64,000 nt of DNA. It comes from Podarcis vaucheri (Eukaryota). Both the position numbers and the translations under genes were made by a program. The stretch lies in NCBI GenBank assembly GCA_965113315.1, contig OZ220367.1. One strand, given 5' to 3'. Below are positions 12,001 to 25,172 of the stretch, piece after piece (position 1 is the first letter of the stretch; each line of letters starts with the position of its first letter). The notes under the pieces are model-generated. The model made no database searches. It saw only the letters and a program-made list of their open reading frames with translations, and was not told the origin of the DNA.

Positions 12001-14329
12001 AAATCAGTCATAATTCCTGCAGTTTTAGCAAACACCTATGAGGTATTTAAAATGTTTCTGGAGCCACATGTACTTAATCACTGGCTTAAGAGGAACAGGT
12101 GACTTTTGAGTCACCACATTTAGGGACTAGTTTTTGTTGCAGCCTGCAGTGGGCTACATGTAGTCCAAGAATCCCAGAGAATTTCTCCAGTGACTAAGGA
12201 AAATGCATTCCTGAAAGCAAAAGAGTCGTGCCTCTCCCACACTGCTAAACAGTAAACAGCAACAGGGAGAGGAGATGAAAAACTATTCTTTTAAGAGGTA
12301 CTACTTTATGCTTCAGACAGACTAATAAAGTTTAATTGTCTGGAATCTGGTGACTCTTACTGTATAACTTCCCTCTGATATAGGTCTTCCATTTGGATTT
12401 TAAATGCTGGTGAAATCACCGAAATAAAATTTCCGTGAGGTTGGGAAAGAAAAAGAGAGAGGTTTTCCCAACTTTTAAACTTCAAGTTTATCTACAGAGG
12501 TTGATCTAAAATTGGTTCCGCTTCTGGTGATAAAAGAGAACCATGAGGTCATGGCATGAGAAGCCTAGGTAGTTTAAATGACGAGATTAAAATCTGGAAA
12601 CTAGGATGCTTTAAAAACAGATAATGCTTTTAGTGAAAGGCTTTTTGAACACACTCAGGTGACCTGCCTGAAATGAGGCAACAAAGAACTGAACACTTGA
12701 CTCAGAGGTGTAAGGCCCTATATGCTTCCAGTTTACAAAGTTGGTTCACATGGTCAAATTACCTCTATGCAATCCTGCCTCCAGATTCCCTGCCCCCATG
12801 GACACCATCTCTTCCTCTCTCAGGACAATTCCTATTACTGTAGAAGCAGAACCTCGCTTCTGCAAAGTAGCAGCCATAGGACATCCTCCATGGGGATGCA
12901 TCACAGGCGGGTCATTGAGGAGAAGGGCAGGGAGACAAAACTGATGATGTCAGTCAGCCTTCAGATTTTGCACCTTTCTCAGCAGTGAAGGACATATCCC
13001 CTTTTAATCTACAACAAACCAGAAGAGCCTCCTAGTACAAATATGTTACCAGTCCAAAAGATGGTAACAAAAACATTTGAGTCTGAAGCAACTTTTACAT
13101 GTGCATAAGTCACCAGATACAAAAGATGCTAAAATTAAAACACCAGTTATAACAATTATGCATGCTAAGTTTGTTGTCCATTCTCGATCAAGGACATCTT
13201 GACAATGTTTTGCAAGGACACAACCAGCTAGCTGGTTACCCACTAGATCATCTAGCCTTCTGAAAAATATATCAAAACCATTACTTTGATACATCATAAT
13301 TTCCCTCCTTGATCAAACTACTCTCTAATCATCATTTCTAGCTTTACTCTGTCAGTTATAAAGGCAGAAAACAGAAGTTTTGTGCATTTGATTAACTTCC
13401 AAACGGTTCAGCCTTTTCGAAGTTAAAGAGCAGTTACAATTTTAATGTGAACTGAAATTAAATGTTAAAAAGGAAGTTCATTGATTAAAATTTTAATACC
13501 CACAAAATTGTTATTCTAGAAAAGTTTTAGTGTTCCCTCTACCAATTTCTCTAACAGAGAACTATATATACAAAAAAAATTACAATTTACAGCTGCTCGT
13601 GAAATGTTACACTTCTATTTTTATCTTTAATTTGCTTTTATTTTATTTTTTGTTGCCACATGAAGAGGCCATTTCCACTAGTTCCGTTGAAGTTCAGGTA
13701 AGTAAATGCAGGGTACTGCTGGTGGTGATATAACAAAAGCCAGAAGCCTAATGATTAAATCTTGTTGCCTTGTCGTTCCAAAGATAGGGTACTTCAGAAA
13801 GGCCAGGCTTGGAAAAGCATCAATGCCACACAAAAGGCAACTAAAACAGGCTATTGATAGTTCAGAATAAAGAGAGTTATCTGAGGATTTCCAAGATAGT
13901 ATTGCAAAAGAGCTATTGCTATGCAAATTCATAGGGGAAAAGGTAAAAAAATAATAGGTGATATCAAAAAGTTATTCAAGCTTTTGAACAACAGAAACTC
14001 TATGCCTCAGAGTATTATTAATAAAATTATTATAATTGTAATTATAATATAATTTGTCTCTCTAGCCTGAGACAAAGCAAACAAATACTTCCATTATACC
14101 TTCAGTACAGTTAAATAGGCAGTTGTCTACCTAAAGTATCTACATGTATAAAAGTTCAAAAATAACCTGTCTAGAAATGTGTGTGTGTAAATATGTTTAG
14201 AAATAATTGTCAAGAATTAGTTATTTGGCAATGAAGATTTCTGTATATTTGAATGCTTGCACATTTTTTAAATCAACAAAAGCCGGTATCCTAAAAAGAT
14301 ATATCAAACAATGTTAGCATTCTCTTTCT

Positions 14330-14610
14330 AACATTCCCAAACAATGGGGCCTTTTAAATGTTTGTGATATTTTTTTTTGCAAAGCCTTTCTTCAACTGTT
14401 ACTCTTCCTGCCCCAACTCCTTACTGTTATTACATACGTACAGCTTTCCTCACCATCTTGATATGTGACCATTCTCTTCTTTCCCTATCATTGCTTTCTC
14501 CACATTTCCCTCATGTGTAATCCTTGACTGTAAAATCATCAGAGCAGGGACCTCTCCAGTGCTTTATCTCTGTAGAGTGTTATGTTCACTGATGGCACCG
14601 TATAATAAAG
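14330..14610 (+). mobile_element. Old L2 3' end
   Basis: ttgactgtaaaatcatcagagcagggacc...gatggcaccgtataataaa resembles the L2 terminus. Confidence 0.5.
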
Positions 14611-15649
14611 TATTTTCCCACTCCTTAGTCAAGTTGAAGCGCGGGCATTTGTCATGTACAGAACCAATACTAATAGCTCCAAGCTCCTTAACTCAAAATG
14701 GCAACCTGTATGAGGTTATACTGGAACGCATTATTTAAACTAAGCCAGCCAATCTTCTAGACTGTTGAGCAACTAAGACCTGAACTCTAAAAGCAAATGG
14801 CATACCGTGTGTTTTTCATTGCTGAAGTTCCATGATTCTTCCTGATAGACACACTACATTCTGACAGCTGCCTTAAAATCAATACCAATATGAAACCAGC
14901 TAACAAATTCCTGGAGTTCAGAGAAGTGCCCTAGAGAGGCAGCACTTTAGTAAAGTTACCTTACTTATCACAGCAAGTTCGATATTTAACCACCAGGGGA
15001 TTTCCAAACTTTGCTGAGTTTTTGAAGTTAATGATTAATATTTCTGCCATCTGGAGACAGAGAGAAAGCGATAAGTACAATAGGTTGTGTTAGGATAACC
15101 ACAATTACATTTTTCTTTTTTCCACCCCTCTCAGGACTTGCTAGGAAGGAAGACAAGTGACTGAAAACAGCAGCTGAAACCAAGCCTTCCAGGAAACATT
15201 GTGCTGGGTGGAGACAATGAAAACTTTCTTCCACAGCTCTTGGTACTAAACTAAAAGCAACATCCTGTCCCTTCAGATGATTCCACACCATCTTGCCCTG
15301 CAGATCTCACCCTCTATTAGTTTGCTTTAAAGGAGAGTTTTAGTGGCAAGTACATGGAATGTGAAGATGAAATTGCAGGCCTCTGTACACATCTGTCCAT
15401 AGAGCAGGTAGATGAAGCCAATGCAGAAGCCAATAGAAGCCACTATGCTCTTGCCACCCACCCAGCTTGTTTCAATCCCTCGTTGTAGAAATCATTCTTT
15501 GCATGAACAAAATGCATACATGGAGGCTGGTGTACCCAACTGTGTGTTTTGTTTTGGTTTTGTAAAAGAACCAAAAAAAGGGATATTTTTTAATATACTC
15601 GCCATGGATGTTTGGAATTTACTGCCAGCAACCAACCAACTGGTTCTGC

Positions 15650-15965
15650 ATTTCCAAGAAATCAATCTCTGAGTGTGGCAGTGCCTACACTTTAGAACAA
15701 TTCCCTGTCTGTTGACATCAGGCAGACACCTTCATTGTACTATTCTTGATGCCTGCTAAAAACATGTTTGTTTAGGTGAGCCCACTCAGATATGTAGAAC
15801 GTTGATATGCATAATGTTTTAATCTGTTCTTAGTTCATTGCTGATTTATTTTTTTTAAAAAGAGTTGTTTAAGTGTTTACTGATTATTTTGCTCTCTGCA
15901 AACTGCTTTGAGGCTTTTCGCAATCAAGCGGTGTATAAATTTCATGAAATAAAATAATAAATACA
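15650..15965 (+). mobile_element. L2 LINE 3' end
   Basis: Degenerate AVP.L.N..P.DIRQ.PS...LLKT.LF, then aactgctttgagg...aagcggtgtataaat and an A-rich tail. Confidence 0.65.
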
Positions 15966-17865
15966 AAAACATACATTTTTTAAATGGAAAGGTCAAGACA
16001 AATTAACCGAAGATTTTTTACAGCCCATTCTTCTTCCAACCACAGGTTACCTGACCCCTTGCCAAGGGTATCCAAAAACTTTCATTGTAGGAGCCCTAAG
16101 GGTTCAACAGGAATTGGGAGTACCATTATTAGTATACTTTGATGGTATACCGAGCTGGATGGGCTAACAGATTGACCTCTTTCCCTTCTCCCATTTAGAA
16201 ACATCTATAGTTTCTTGTATTAGAGGAGGGTACGAAGCACAACTCATTTCTTTTAAACATATATGGTCCTTTTTACCGTACGGTTTTCTACAAATGTTCC
16301 TTGTGAACCAGTCCCTACACTCTGCCTGAGATACAAGACAATTTAGAAAACCAGATCACAGGCTAGGATGCATTAACTTACTGTGAGGTTTAATTGCATT
16401 TTTTTCTGAACACAGCATTCAGATGCATCCCAAGTAATCAATATTGAAGAATATAAATCATGACTTCAAATGGAAGTGACAGTCTTAAATTAACAGCACA
16501 GAGAAACATTCTGGTTCAGTTCTTTGATTTACTCAGTTTTGTAAAACCCAAAGCTTCAAAAAGAACTCACACTGGCATTAATTAAACAACATTTTTATTA
16601 CCTACTATCAAAGCATTACAAGGAGGGTTTACTAGTCAGCTCTGCTAAGGAATTACAAGCTTCACTCAATTAACAGTCTAACTTTTTTGTGGTGTCACTG
16701 CTAATTGAGATATTTTTCATTTTTATATCTTCTAAATTAATGTTGTACAGGAGAGCTCAGTCCAAGCACACAGGCAATCAGAGGAATCAACAGGAATCCT
16801 GAGGTCAGGAGAATTAACAGTGAAATATTTTAGTCATTAACTAAGTTTCAAAGATGCTGGCAATGACAAAGGGGGCTTTATTTTACCCTGTGATGGGAAG
16901 ATCCTAGGTCAACAAGAAGTAACTATACACAAGAATATTTAAATTTCCAAATGCAAATCTATTCTCATAGAATTAGCCGAGACACTGGACTGCCATTTCC
17001 AGAAATAATGAAGGCAGACATGAGAGTCTACGTAGCCTTGGGTATACAGGAAAATATTTGAGTAAGTGGAGACAAGAGTAATTGACGACAACACCCTAGC
17101 TGTTCTTTCATTAAAGTTAGGCTGTATGGTACTATATGAAATTGATAAAACAATGAGAAGTTATATAGCAATGAATTATTTCAGTTTTATTGGCAACTAA
17201 AGGAGTTACACAATTTTTCACTGGAAGTAGTCACCATGCTGACTGGGGGCTACAGGTTTCTCACCCCAGGTATAAATGCTCACACAGATCATGTTATTTA
17301 TTTTGAAAGTTTCAAAATATTTATATTAATATTTACCTTTCAAACTTCCTATATCTTGATATAATAGGATGTGTTCCATTGTATGATAGTCTTATTAATA
17401 TTTGTAATATCGTTTAGAGTTTGCATGGCACATGCAATGTTCACAGTCATAAAATAAATGGTGCAATAGTACAATGTTACTTTATCTAATCAGAAAATGT
17501 TTTGAAACTATCTGCAACTTGCAGTTTTAAGATTTCACAGCAATACTGTACTCAAGTTGAGTAAGTGAAGTCAAGAACAAAGGAGTCAAGCTCACAGTTT
17601 TTTGAAGGGAAAGTGTCTTAGATGGAGGCTTCTCTAGGTACAAATTGCAGATTCTTGCATTTTAGGCAAACCAGTAAGACATTGTTCGCACAATTAGCAA
17701 TTGTGAACGTGTCTTTTTTTAAAAAAATAGTTGGTGGATCTGGAAAGGGTTCCTTGTAGGGATGTGTAGTTTAATAATCTACCATCTTCTGTAGTCCCTA
17801 TATATATTGTTTCCCCTCCATTTTATTCACAGCAATAAAAGTCCCCCCTCCCCTGAAGTGCAAAA

Positions 17866-17935
17866 GTCATAGAATCATAAAGGTGGAAGGGATCTTGAGG
17901 GTCAACTAGTCCAACCCCCAGCAATGCAGAAATCT
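17866..17935 (-). mobile_element. CR1 LINE 3' end
   Basis: catagaatcataaaggtggaagggatcttgagggtcaactagtccaacccc: rc of the CR1 ATTCTRTG tail. Confidence 0.75.
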
Positions 17936-18896
17936 TGCCCACAGCCATCCTTGGGTGGGCTCAAGCTACCAACCTTCTGGTTAATGCACTGACCCATTGC
18001 AGGAGAAACCTAATCTGGATTGGGATTGCAGTAATGAGCAAACCCTTTCTAGAATTTCAGTCTGGAGCACCCTTTCTCTATGCCTGCTATTAACCTTTTA
18101 AATACCACTCATGCAATTGCTAATGGTATGAATGGTGTCTAATCGAGTTTGGCTCTTGGTATAATGACTTCCATATAAAAATCAACTAGATCAAGGACAG
18201 TGGTCACCACACAGTGCAAGAAATTATGGATAACAAAAAGCCTATACTAATGATTACAGCAATTACCTACAACTTAAACTGCAATGTATCATGTGACCCA
18301 CCCTGAGAACTACAGAAGGAAAGTATACAAAAGTGAATACTAATAATGGCAATAGTAATGATGATGATATAGCCACCCAGACTGATTTTTCGAGGCAACA
18401 ACAGGAAAACATATCAGTTCCCTTAAGTACCAATTACAATAATAAAATACTTTTAAATAATTATTCAAGTAGGTTGTGCTAAAATGGCACTGTCTATTTA
18501 GAAATATTTTTTTTCAAGGTAGCAAAAGGCAGCTGGGTAATCTTTCCTGCCCTTGACCACTTTTTGTTTAAGGTTCAGCATAGCCAGTTTCTGTTTTTAA
18601 AGCAAGACTTTTACTTTTTGATGCTTTCCTCTGCATTATTAATTTATTATATTTCAAATTCTACTGATGCTCTCTCTTTCAAAAAGACAGATTGATAAAA
18701 CATGTAGAGTTAAATTTTGATCAGTGAAGTAAAATATTAAATCAGTGGCACTGAATTAAGTGCACATTTGTTTTCTAGTATTATAATGAAAATTTTAGAT
18801 GACCTTCAGCAATACATAGTGTCATTTGTTTATTAAACAGAGGGCTCAGAATTCCTCAAAAAGGCACCTAAGCTGAGGACTTGGCAGTGCCAAGAA

Positions 18897-19143
18897 CAAT
18901 GCCACTTCAACTGAGGTGCCGCCACTTCTGGGGCAGAACGTGTAATCACTTTGTTAGAGAGCATTTTTAAAAGCAGAAGTCACTCTCTCCAGGAGAAACC
19001 ACGAAAGTCAATCTCTCTAGTGAAAACTACAAAAGTAATTTAGGTCGCAGAATGTAATCATCACGAGTTGAATTTGGCCAGAAGAACATCAGGGTTAATA
19101 ACCTCACTCTTGCGATAAGCACCAAGGGATCCTTAATGACCAG
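18897..19143 (-). mobile_element. Ancient Deu-domain SINE (AmnSINE1-like) remnant
   Basis: gaatgtaatcatcacgagttgaatttggccagaagaacatcagggttaataacctcactcttgcgataagcaccaagggatccttaatgacca resembles the recalled AmnSINE1/Deu consensus. Confidence 0.6.
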
Positions 19144-19857
19144 TATAAATTGAACTCCTTCCTTCCTCTTTATTAACATACTATGGGGCTGATTCAAACC
19201 TACAAAAGCAAGAAATTAAGAAATGAAACTGCTAAACTCACCCTGTTGTGCTTATATGTGGAAGCTATCAAGATTGCCTGTTGTGAAGCAGCCCTGACGC
19301 ACAGCCTCTACAATACTAGTTCATGATGATGTGACATGGGGAGGGGGGAGATGATCTTCAAAGTTGGACTTTTAAATAAAGGAAGTTACTTTCTCTTGCT
19401 GCTTTATTCATGAACCATGTGTTCTTAACATTTTAGTATAGACTAACATACATTTGATGGTCGTTAACTGTCTTGAGGTCCCAAATTGTACGGAAAAGCA
19501 GAACTGCCACCACAGAACTCATATGGCTGACTTTAAATCTTGGCAACCTCGTGAAAAATTAAAAATCCAGGATAAACTTGAATCACAGATGAACCAAAAT
19601 TAAGAAAAGAACAAAAAACAATGAGCTCATTTGTCAAAGCTGTGAAGCAGATTCATAGCCGCTCTCTGGCTGCACCTGTGAGGTGAGATAATTGACCGAA
19701 CGTATGAGAGACGCCTAGTTATATCATATCAGCACAAATGCACCGTTTAGCTAATTTTTAGTTGAATGTTATGCTAGCGAAATTGCTTCAGATAAACAGC
19801 TCATTACATGTTGGCATCTACTATGCAGTGTAGTTCAGATTAGTAGCCACTTTTTGT

Positions 19858-20238
19858 GGCTGCATTCACACATAGCATTAAGCTGGAGTTTGGGGCTGAT
19901 CATGGAGTGCTGTGAAGCAAATGGCTTCCTAGTTTGTTTCCCCGTTTCCCGTTATGTTGGAAACAGGGATGGTGGTTTGCTGCTCCTTAACAAGTAATGG
20001 TTGTTAGCCAACCTTCAGCTAGGTTTGTTGTTGCCTTATGGATCCTGGCTTGTTAGGGAGCAACAAGCTACAATCTCTGGTTCAGACTTAATGAAAACAC
20101 AAGGTGTACTGGTTTGTTTATCTCACTTGCACCAGGAGAGGAACAAATTGGGAGTGATTGGACAGCATGCACTACCACACTACATAATAAACCACGATAA
20201 GCAGAGTCACTGGCATATCATTATATGAAAACACAGCC
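19858..20238. mobile_element. Degenerate palindromic MITE (PIF/Harbinger-like ends)
   Basis: ggctgcattcacacat...atgaaaacacagcc ends. Internal inverted pair gctccttaacaag / cttgttagggagc. Confidence 0.5.
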
Positions 20239-22509
20239 ATAGCAACCAATTTTTTAAATTATAGGTTATTATACAGGGCAGAGTTGGGTGGGGGGGATTC
20301 ACCTAAACTGAAGCCTTGTATTTTCTGACCTGACTATGTAAACTAGAATTACTTTCTCACAAAAGTGTTTTAGAAACTAACAAAATAACCTTTTCTAGAT
20401 TGATACAAAACAGGGGGAAATGTTAATACCTTGCATTAAATATTTTACACTGATAGTCTTCTGCTGTTTAATACAAAGCTACAGCAATTATTTCCTTCTC
20501 CATTTCAAGCTAAGGGTAGGGAAGGGATCAGCCAAACAGAATTGGCATGGAAATAACCATGGGTGATCAGAAAGCTGCATAATGCATCCGTCAGCTTCAA
20601 CATACCCACTAACAAAAATAAATTACTTGCATTTGAAAAGAACAGTAATTCTTTCAGAGACTCTTCATGGGGTGCCATGTTGAGTCTCAAAGAGCAATGC
20701 TTTCAAGCACCAAACTGGGCCAAAGGATAAAACAGAAGTAAAAAGTCCAATTATGAGCGGGGAAAGAATGTATGCTTCAAGTTCTGTTTATGTTAAAGAG
20801 TGGTTTCCCCATGAAGTTTTCTATAAGTAGTCCCAGGATAAACAGTATCACCAATCATGTTTCATAACATTCACTACAGAATTTCAACGCAACACCAATG
20901 TGTCAAGAACGAATGCATTCAAGCAAACATTTATTCTCCTTGCCTATAGCTTCCTCAAAATAAATTTATCTGAGAACTGAAAATTCTCATTTAGTCACAG
21001 CCCACAGGTAAGTAGCTTTCTAAAGAATACAGTGATAAATAGGGTGTTATTTTAGTTTTACCAAAAATAACTTTAAAAATACTGTATCAGAAAACTTCCT
21101 TTATGGAGAACTCTTCATAAAGGAACGTTTGAAAAATAATCTAGTCTTTCTTTGTTGTAAGTCTCCAGCCTTAGGAATACCTTTGCATTCTTAATACCTT
21201 TAACTTTTTGAAGACAGTCACTTTCTTGGACAGTATTTAGTAATGGTCTCCTGCATCAAGGACATATGCTTCATTTGAGCAGTTAAGACTAGGCCAATTG
21301 TACAGAACTGGTTGGCATTTAAGGACTTTGTGAAGGAAGGGTCCTGTTTCGCTTTTATCTCAGTACTTCCAGGTAGCACACAATGCTCAACAAATCAAAC
21401 AGAAGTTGTGTGCAAACCAGAGGAGGCAACCACACATTTACAGTGTTGTATAAAGTTTCAGTTCATTGTCGACAATTAGCACAGTTGCTTGAAAAATCAC
21501 CAAGTACTGCTGTTGTGTCATTTGAAGTCCCAATACAGAAAGAGAACGGGCAAATTTAGCAGATACAGAAAAGCAACACTATGTGTGTGGGGGGGGAGGA
21601 TAAATGCTCTGTGTGTGTGCATGCGCACACAAGAGACAACAAGAGGACCACTTTAATGCTTAATTATAGATGTTGGTTAAAATAGTGGTTGTTTGATTTC
21701 TTAAAAGAGTATTCAACGTTTCTGTGCTTTTCTCCTCTTCTGCAACGCCATCCTCTCAGTACTGTCCTTTGCCTTCTCTGCTTCCTTCAAACCTCACTCA
21801 AAAAGAGGACCTGGACAGGAAGTTATTAAACTTCAATCCGTAACGCATCTTCTGCACACTTTGCAAGGCTGAACTTTTCACCCACAGCCTACATTTCTAT
21901 GACACCCTTTAGCACAGCCATAGTGAGGAAAGGCACAGCAACTCAGACAGCAGGATAGCGCCACAATTCATCGCCAACCCCATTTGACACAAAACAAACG
22001 GTGTGTCAGTCCTTTGAACGGGAAAGACTTATTATGAGGCAGCTGCCGAAAAAGCAAAAGGGGCACATGGGCCAGGTTGCTACCGAATCATGATCCCTCT
22101 CTGGTTCAAATGTGAAATATACTAAAACTTTCAGAATCACATTTTCCCCACGACAGGAGTGGTCGCAGACATGAATGCTGGGGAGTGAGTGGCTTAGAGT
22201 ATTCTAATAAACGCAGGCATTGTTTGCACAGCTCTGAGAAAAGGGTTCAAAACAAAGCTATGCTGCTGGTGGGCAAGCAGCAGAGAGCAGGATAATTTAA
22301 AGCGTGTGCTTTTCCCTTCCCCTTTGTAGGAGGCATGCCTGTCACTGCGCAGCTGTGCTGCCGGCGTCATCACTCCCTCTGTCTCCCGTCTTGCTAATTA
22401 AAAGGTTGATCACAGAACAATGCTCTTCTCATTAATTTCAGTGTTCCGATTGGGCAGGATCCCCGTTTGCTCCGCCTGATCTTTTCCACGTGGTTGAAGT
22501 TAATGTGAC

Positions 22510-22665
22510 NNNNNNNNNNNNNNNNNNNNNNNNNNNNNNNNNNNNNNNNNNNNNNNNNNNNNNNNNNNNNNNNNNNNNNNNNNNNNNNNNNNNNNNNNNN
22601 NNNNNNNNNNNNNNNNNNNNNNNNNNNNNNNNNNNNNNNNNNNNNNNNNNNNNNNNNNNNNNNNN
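22510..22665. promoter_or_regulatory. Masked block (156 N), candidate deeply conserved element
   Basis: Flanks carry TAATTA (22395), AACAAT (22416), ATTGG, CACGTG and several CpGs. No repeat sequence adjacent. Confidence 0.55.
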
Positions 22666-24032
22666 CATTAGTTAAACCTAGACACTGAGTGGCTTTATTA
22701 GGACACTGCAGCTTATTGATGTGCAGCTCCAGCAAAGTAAGATAGCATTTTCTTTTCAAACAGAAAGAAAGAGGTTTCAGCTGAGAGGCAGTATTTATTA
22801 GACTAATTCCAGGAGCAGCAGAAAGCTTGCTGCCCTGACACAGTTAATTGGCATCTTGATGTTTACAGCAGATTAGGAACAATGAAAATGTTGCAGTTCG
22901 GGCATTAGGAAAGACCATCCAGCAAATCTAAATGTGAATTTGCACACAATACCAAGGGCAGACAACTGTGTAACCTTCTGACCAGATTTAACACAAATGT
23001 GCTTTAAAATTGAAATATGGCAATCAATAAAACAGCCAACACAAAAACCCCTGCACTTCTGCAACTCAAAATATCATATTAAGCAGTATCCTAGCACAAT
23101 AAGGTACACAAGACACATCAATAACGTTCTACATTCTCAAGAGCTGCTCCCAAGGTCAGACATCTTGTTGTGAGTACCCAGCAGATTCTCTGAAGGTCAA
23201 AAGACTCTACAGCTTTACTTGATCGATAAGGCAGCAAGTTCAACCAGGACCTTCTGCAGAGATGGCTTTGTGCTGCTACCTGGTGCCTCAACAATACATG
23301 GAAAGAGACCTTCTCAGAGGTAAGAGGAGACTATAGTTCCACAGCAAAGCTGAGTGATGATATAACTGACAGAAACTAGTGTTGTGTACCATGATTCAAA
23401 GCTTCCACAACCATATGACTAAATGAAGCATTTGTAAAGAAACAAAACAAGAATCCTTATATGCCAGGCACATCAGTTGCAGTAACAGTCTTGTTCTGTG
23501 ACAGACAGGACATGAAAACGAATTCTATACAAATATCTAAATTAGCTCTTTGTAAAGGTTCCGACAGAAGAGTGAGGATGCACAATATTTCACTAAAAAA
23601 GTTAAATCCAAACAGGGAAATTCAAAGTTAACGGTTCCAAATCTAAGCACAGCAACAAGCAACAAAAATACAAATTGGTGGATTCCAGAGAGAGAGAAAA
23701 TCTCTCTTGGGCAGTTTTGACTCCTTTAGGGCACCGCCTCATTTTTAGTAGAACATAGCAATCTCTTGTGTTAATCATTATTTTTAATTTTCAGAAATAA
23801 GAAGAAGAAAATTCTGTCCCAGGCTTTTCTTTGTTGCTTTTGACTAATTTCTTTTTTACAAGCCGTTTTGAGTTTTTCTACCATACGGGGTAAATCAGAG
23901 CAGTATGGTTCTCAGTACTGCTTGGCCCCTCCTCTCCTAATGGACTCCTCTTTAGAGAGGCTTTGCCAAGCTTTACTCCTCAGAATTCCTGCATGGAAAA
24001 TGGTGCGCCATGCCACAGTCGGAGAAACGTGC

Positions 24033-24388
24033 NNNNNNNNNNNNNNNNNNNNNNNNNNNNNNNNNNNNNNNNNNNNNNNNNNNNNNNNNNNNNNNNNNNN
24101 NNNNNNNNNNNNNNNNNNNNNNNNNNNNNNNNNNNNNNNNNNNNNNNNNNNNNNNNNNNNNNNNNNNNNNNNNNNNNNNNNNNNNNNNNNNNNNNNNNNN
24201 NNNNNNNNNNNNNNNNNNNNNNNNNNNNNNNNNNNNNNNNNNNNNNNNNNNNNNNNNNNNNNNNNNNNNNNNNNNNNNNNNNNNNNNNNNNNNNNNNNNN
24301 NNNNNNNNNNNNNNNNNNNNNNNNNNNNNNNNNNNNNNNNNNNNNNNNNNNNNNNNNNNNNNNNNNNNNNNNNNNNNNNNNNNNNNNN
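24033..24388. promoter_or_regulatory. Masked block (356 N), candidate ultraconserved element
   Basis: Longest block. CpG-retaining unique flanks including GTCACGTGA. Confidence 0.55.
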
Positions 24389-24789
24389 CTGTTTGTGCAT
24401 TAACTACAGAGCCAAAACGAGGCGAATTGATCGTTTGACTTTTGGAGTGGTCACGTGATCCCTGTGTGCGGGTGATCCGGCATGCATCAGCGGGCAATGC
24501 TGCAGTACATGCCTGATGAGGAACTTGCTTCTCATTATTACTCCTCCTAGGGACAAAGACACAGGAGCCTTTCTGAGCTGATCCAGACCCATGTAAACTT
24601 GCTCTCAACTTAGCCAAAGAGCGGATAAGGCTAGAACAGAGTTTCCCTCCCAAAATTCTTCCCTCAGATTTCTAGGTCTGGTGATGTTCCTGCAGCACAC
24701 TAGGCTGTTATCCAAAAAGGTCACTCAAATGTCCCAGCTTGATGACCTTATACCCAGGAAGTGGATTTTCGCCACCATTTCATGAAATA

Positions 24790-24832
24790 CGCCATTGTTC
24801 TCCCCATTTTACAGATGGGAAAACTAAGGCAA
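24790..24832 (-). mobile_element. MIR/CORE-SINE remnant adjacent to an L2 insertion
   Basis: ccccattttacagatgggaaaactaaggc matches the CORE hallmark. Confidence 0.55.
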
Positions 24833-24839
24833 CTAACAA

Positions 24840-25172
24840 CGTCTCCACCCCCATCGTTCAGCCCGGACATTGAGGTCCAGTGCTGAGGGCCTTCTGGCGG
24901 TTCCCTCACTGCAAGAGGTGAGGTTACAGGGAACTGGGCAGAGGGCCTTCTCGGTAGTGGTGCCCACCCTGTGGAACGCCCTCCCATCCGATGTGAAGGA
25001 AATAAACAACTATCTTACTTTTAAAAGACATCTGAAGACAGTCCTGTTTAGGGAAGTTTTTAATGTTTAATGCTGTATTGTGTTTTTAATATTCGGTTGG
25101 AAGCTGCCCAGAGTGGCTGGGGAAACCCAGCCAGATGGGTGGGGTATAAATAATAAATAATAATTATTATTA
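24840..25172 (+). mobile_element. Young 5'-truncated L2 LINE (ORF2 C-terminus, 3' UTR, (TAA)n tail)
   Basis: ORF 24870-25070 reads QRAFSVVVPTLWNALP...FKRHLKTVLF. The 3' UTR recurs at 3995 and 59821. Confidence 0.9.

Noticed and set aside
13690-13705. Strong plus-strand donor caggtaagt (also near 21005)
   Set aside because: Antisense to BTRC, with no supporting ORF or recognisable exon. Expected by chance in 64 kb.
24389-24405. AG on the minus strand at the edge of the 356-N block, suggesting a hidden exon
   Set aside because: No polypyrimidine tract (atgcacaaacag), no donor at the other edge, and the length does not suit the recalled BTRC exon 5. It cannot be fully excluded while masked.
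24870-25070. 66-aa ORF, and the RT-like ORF at 42449-42643
   Set aside because: Truncated L2 and CR1 ORF2 remnants, not host genes.
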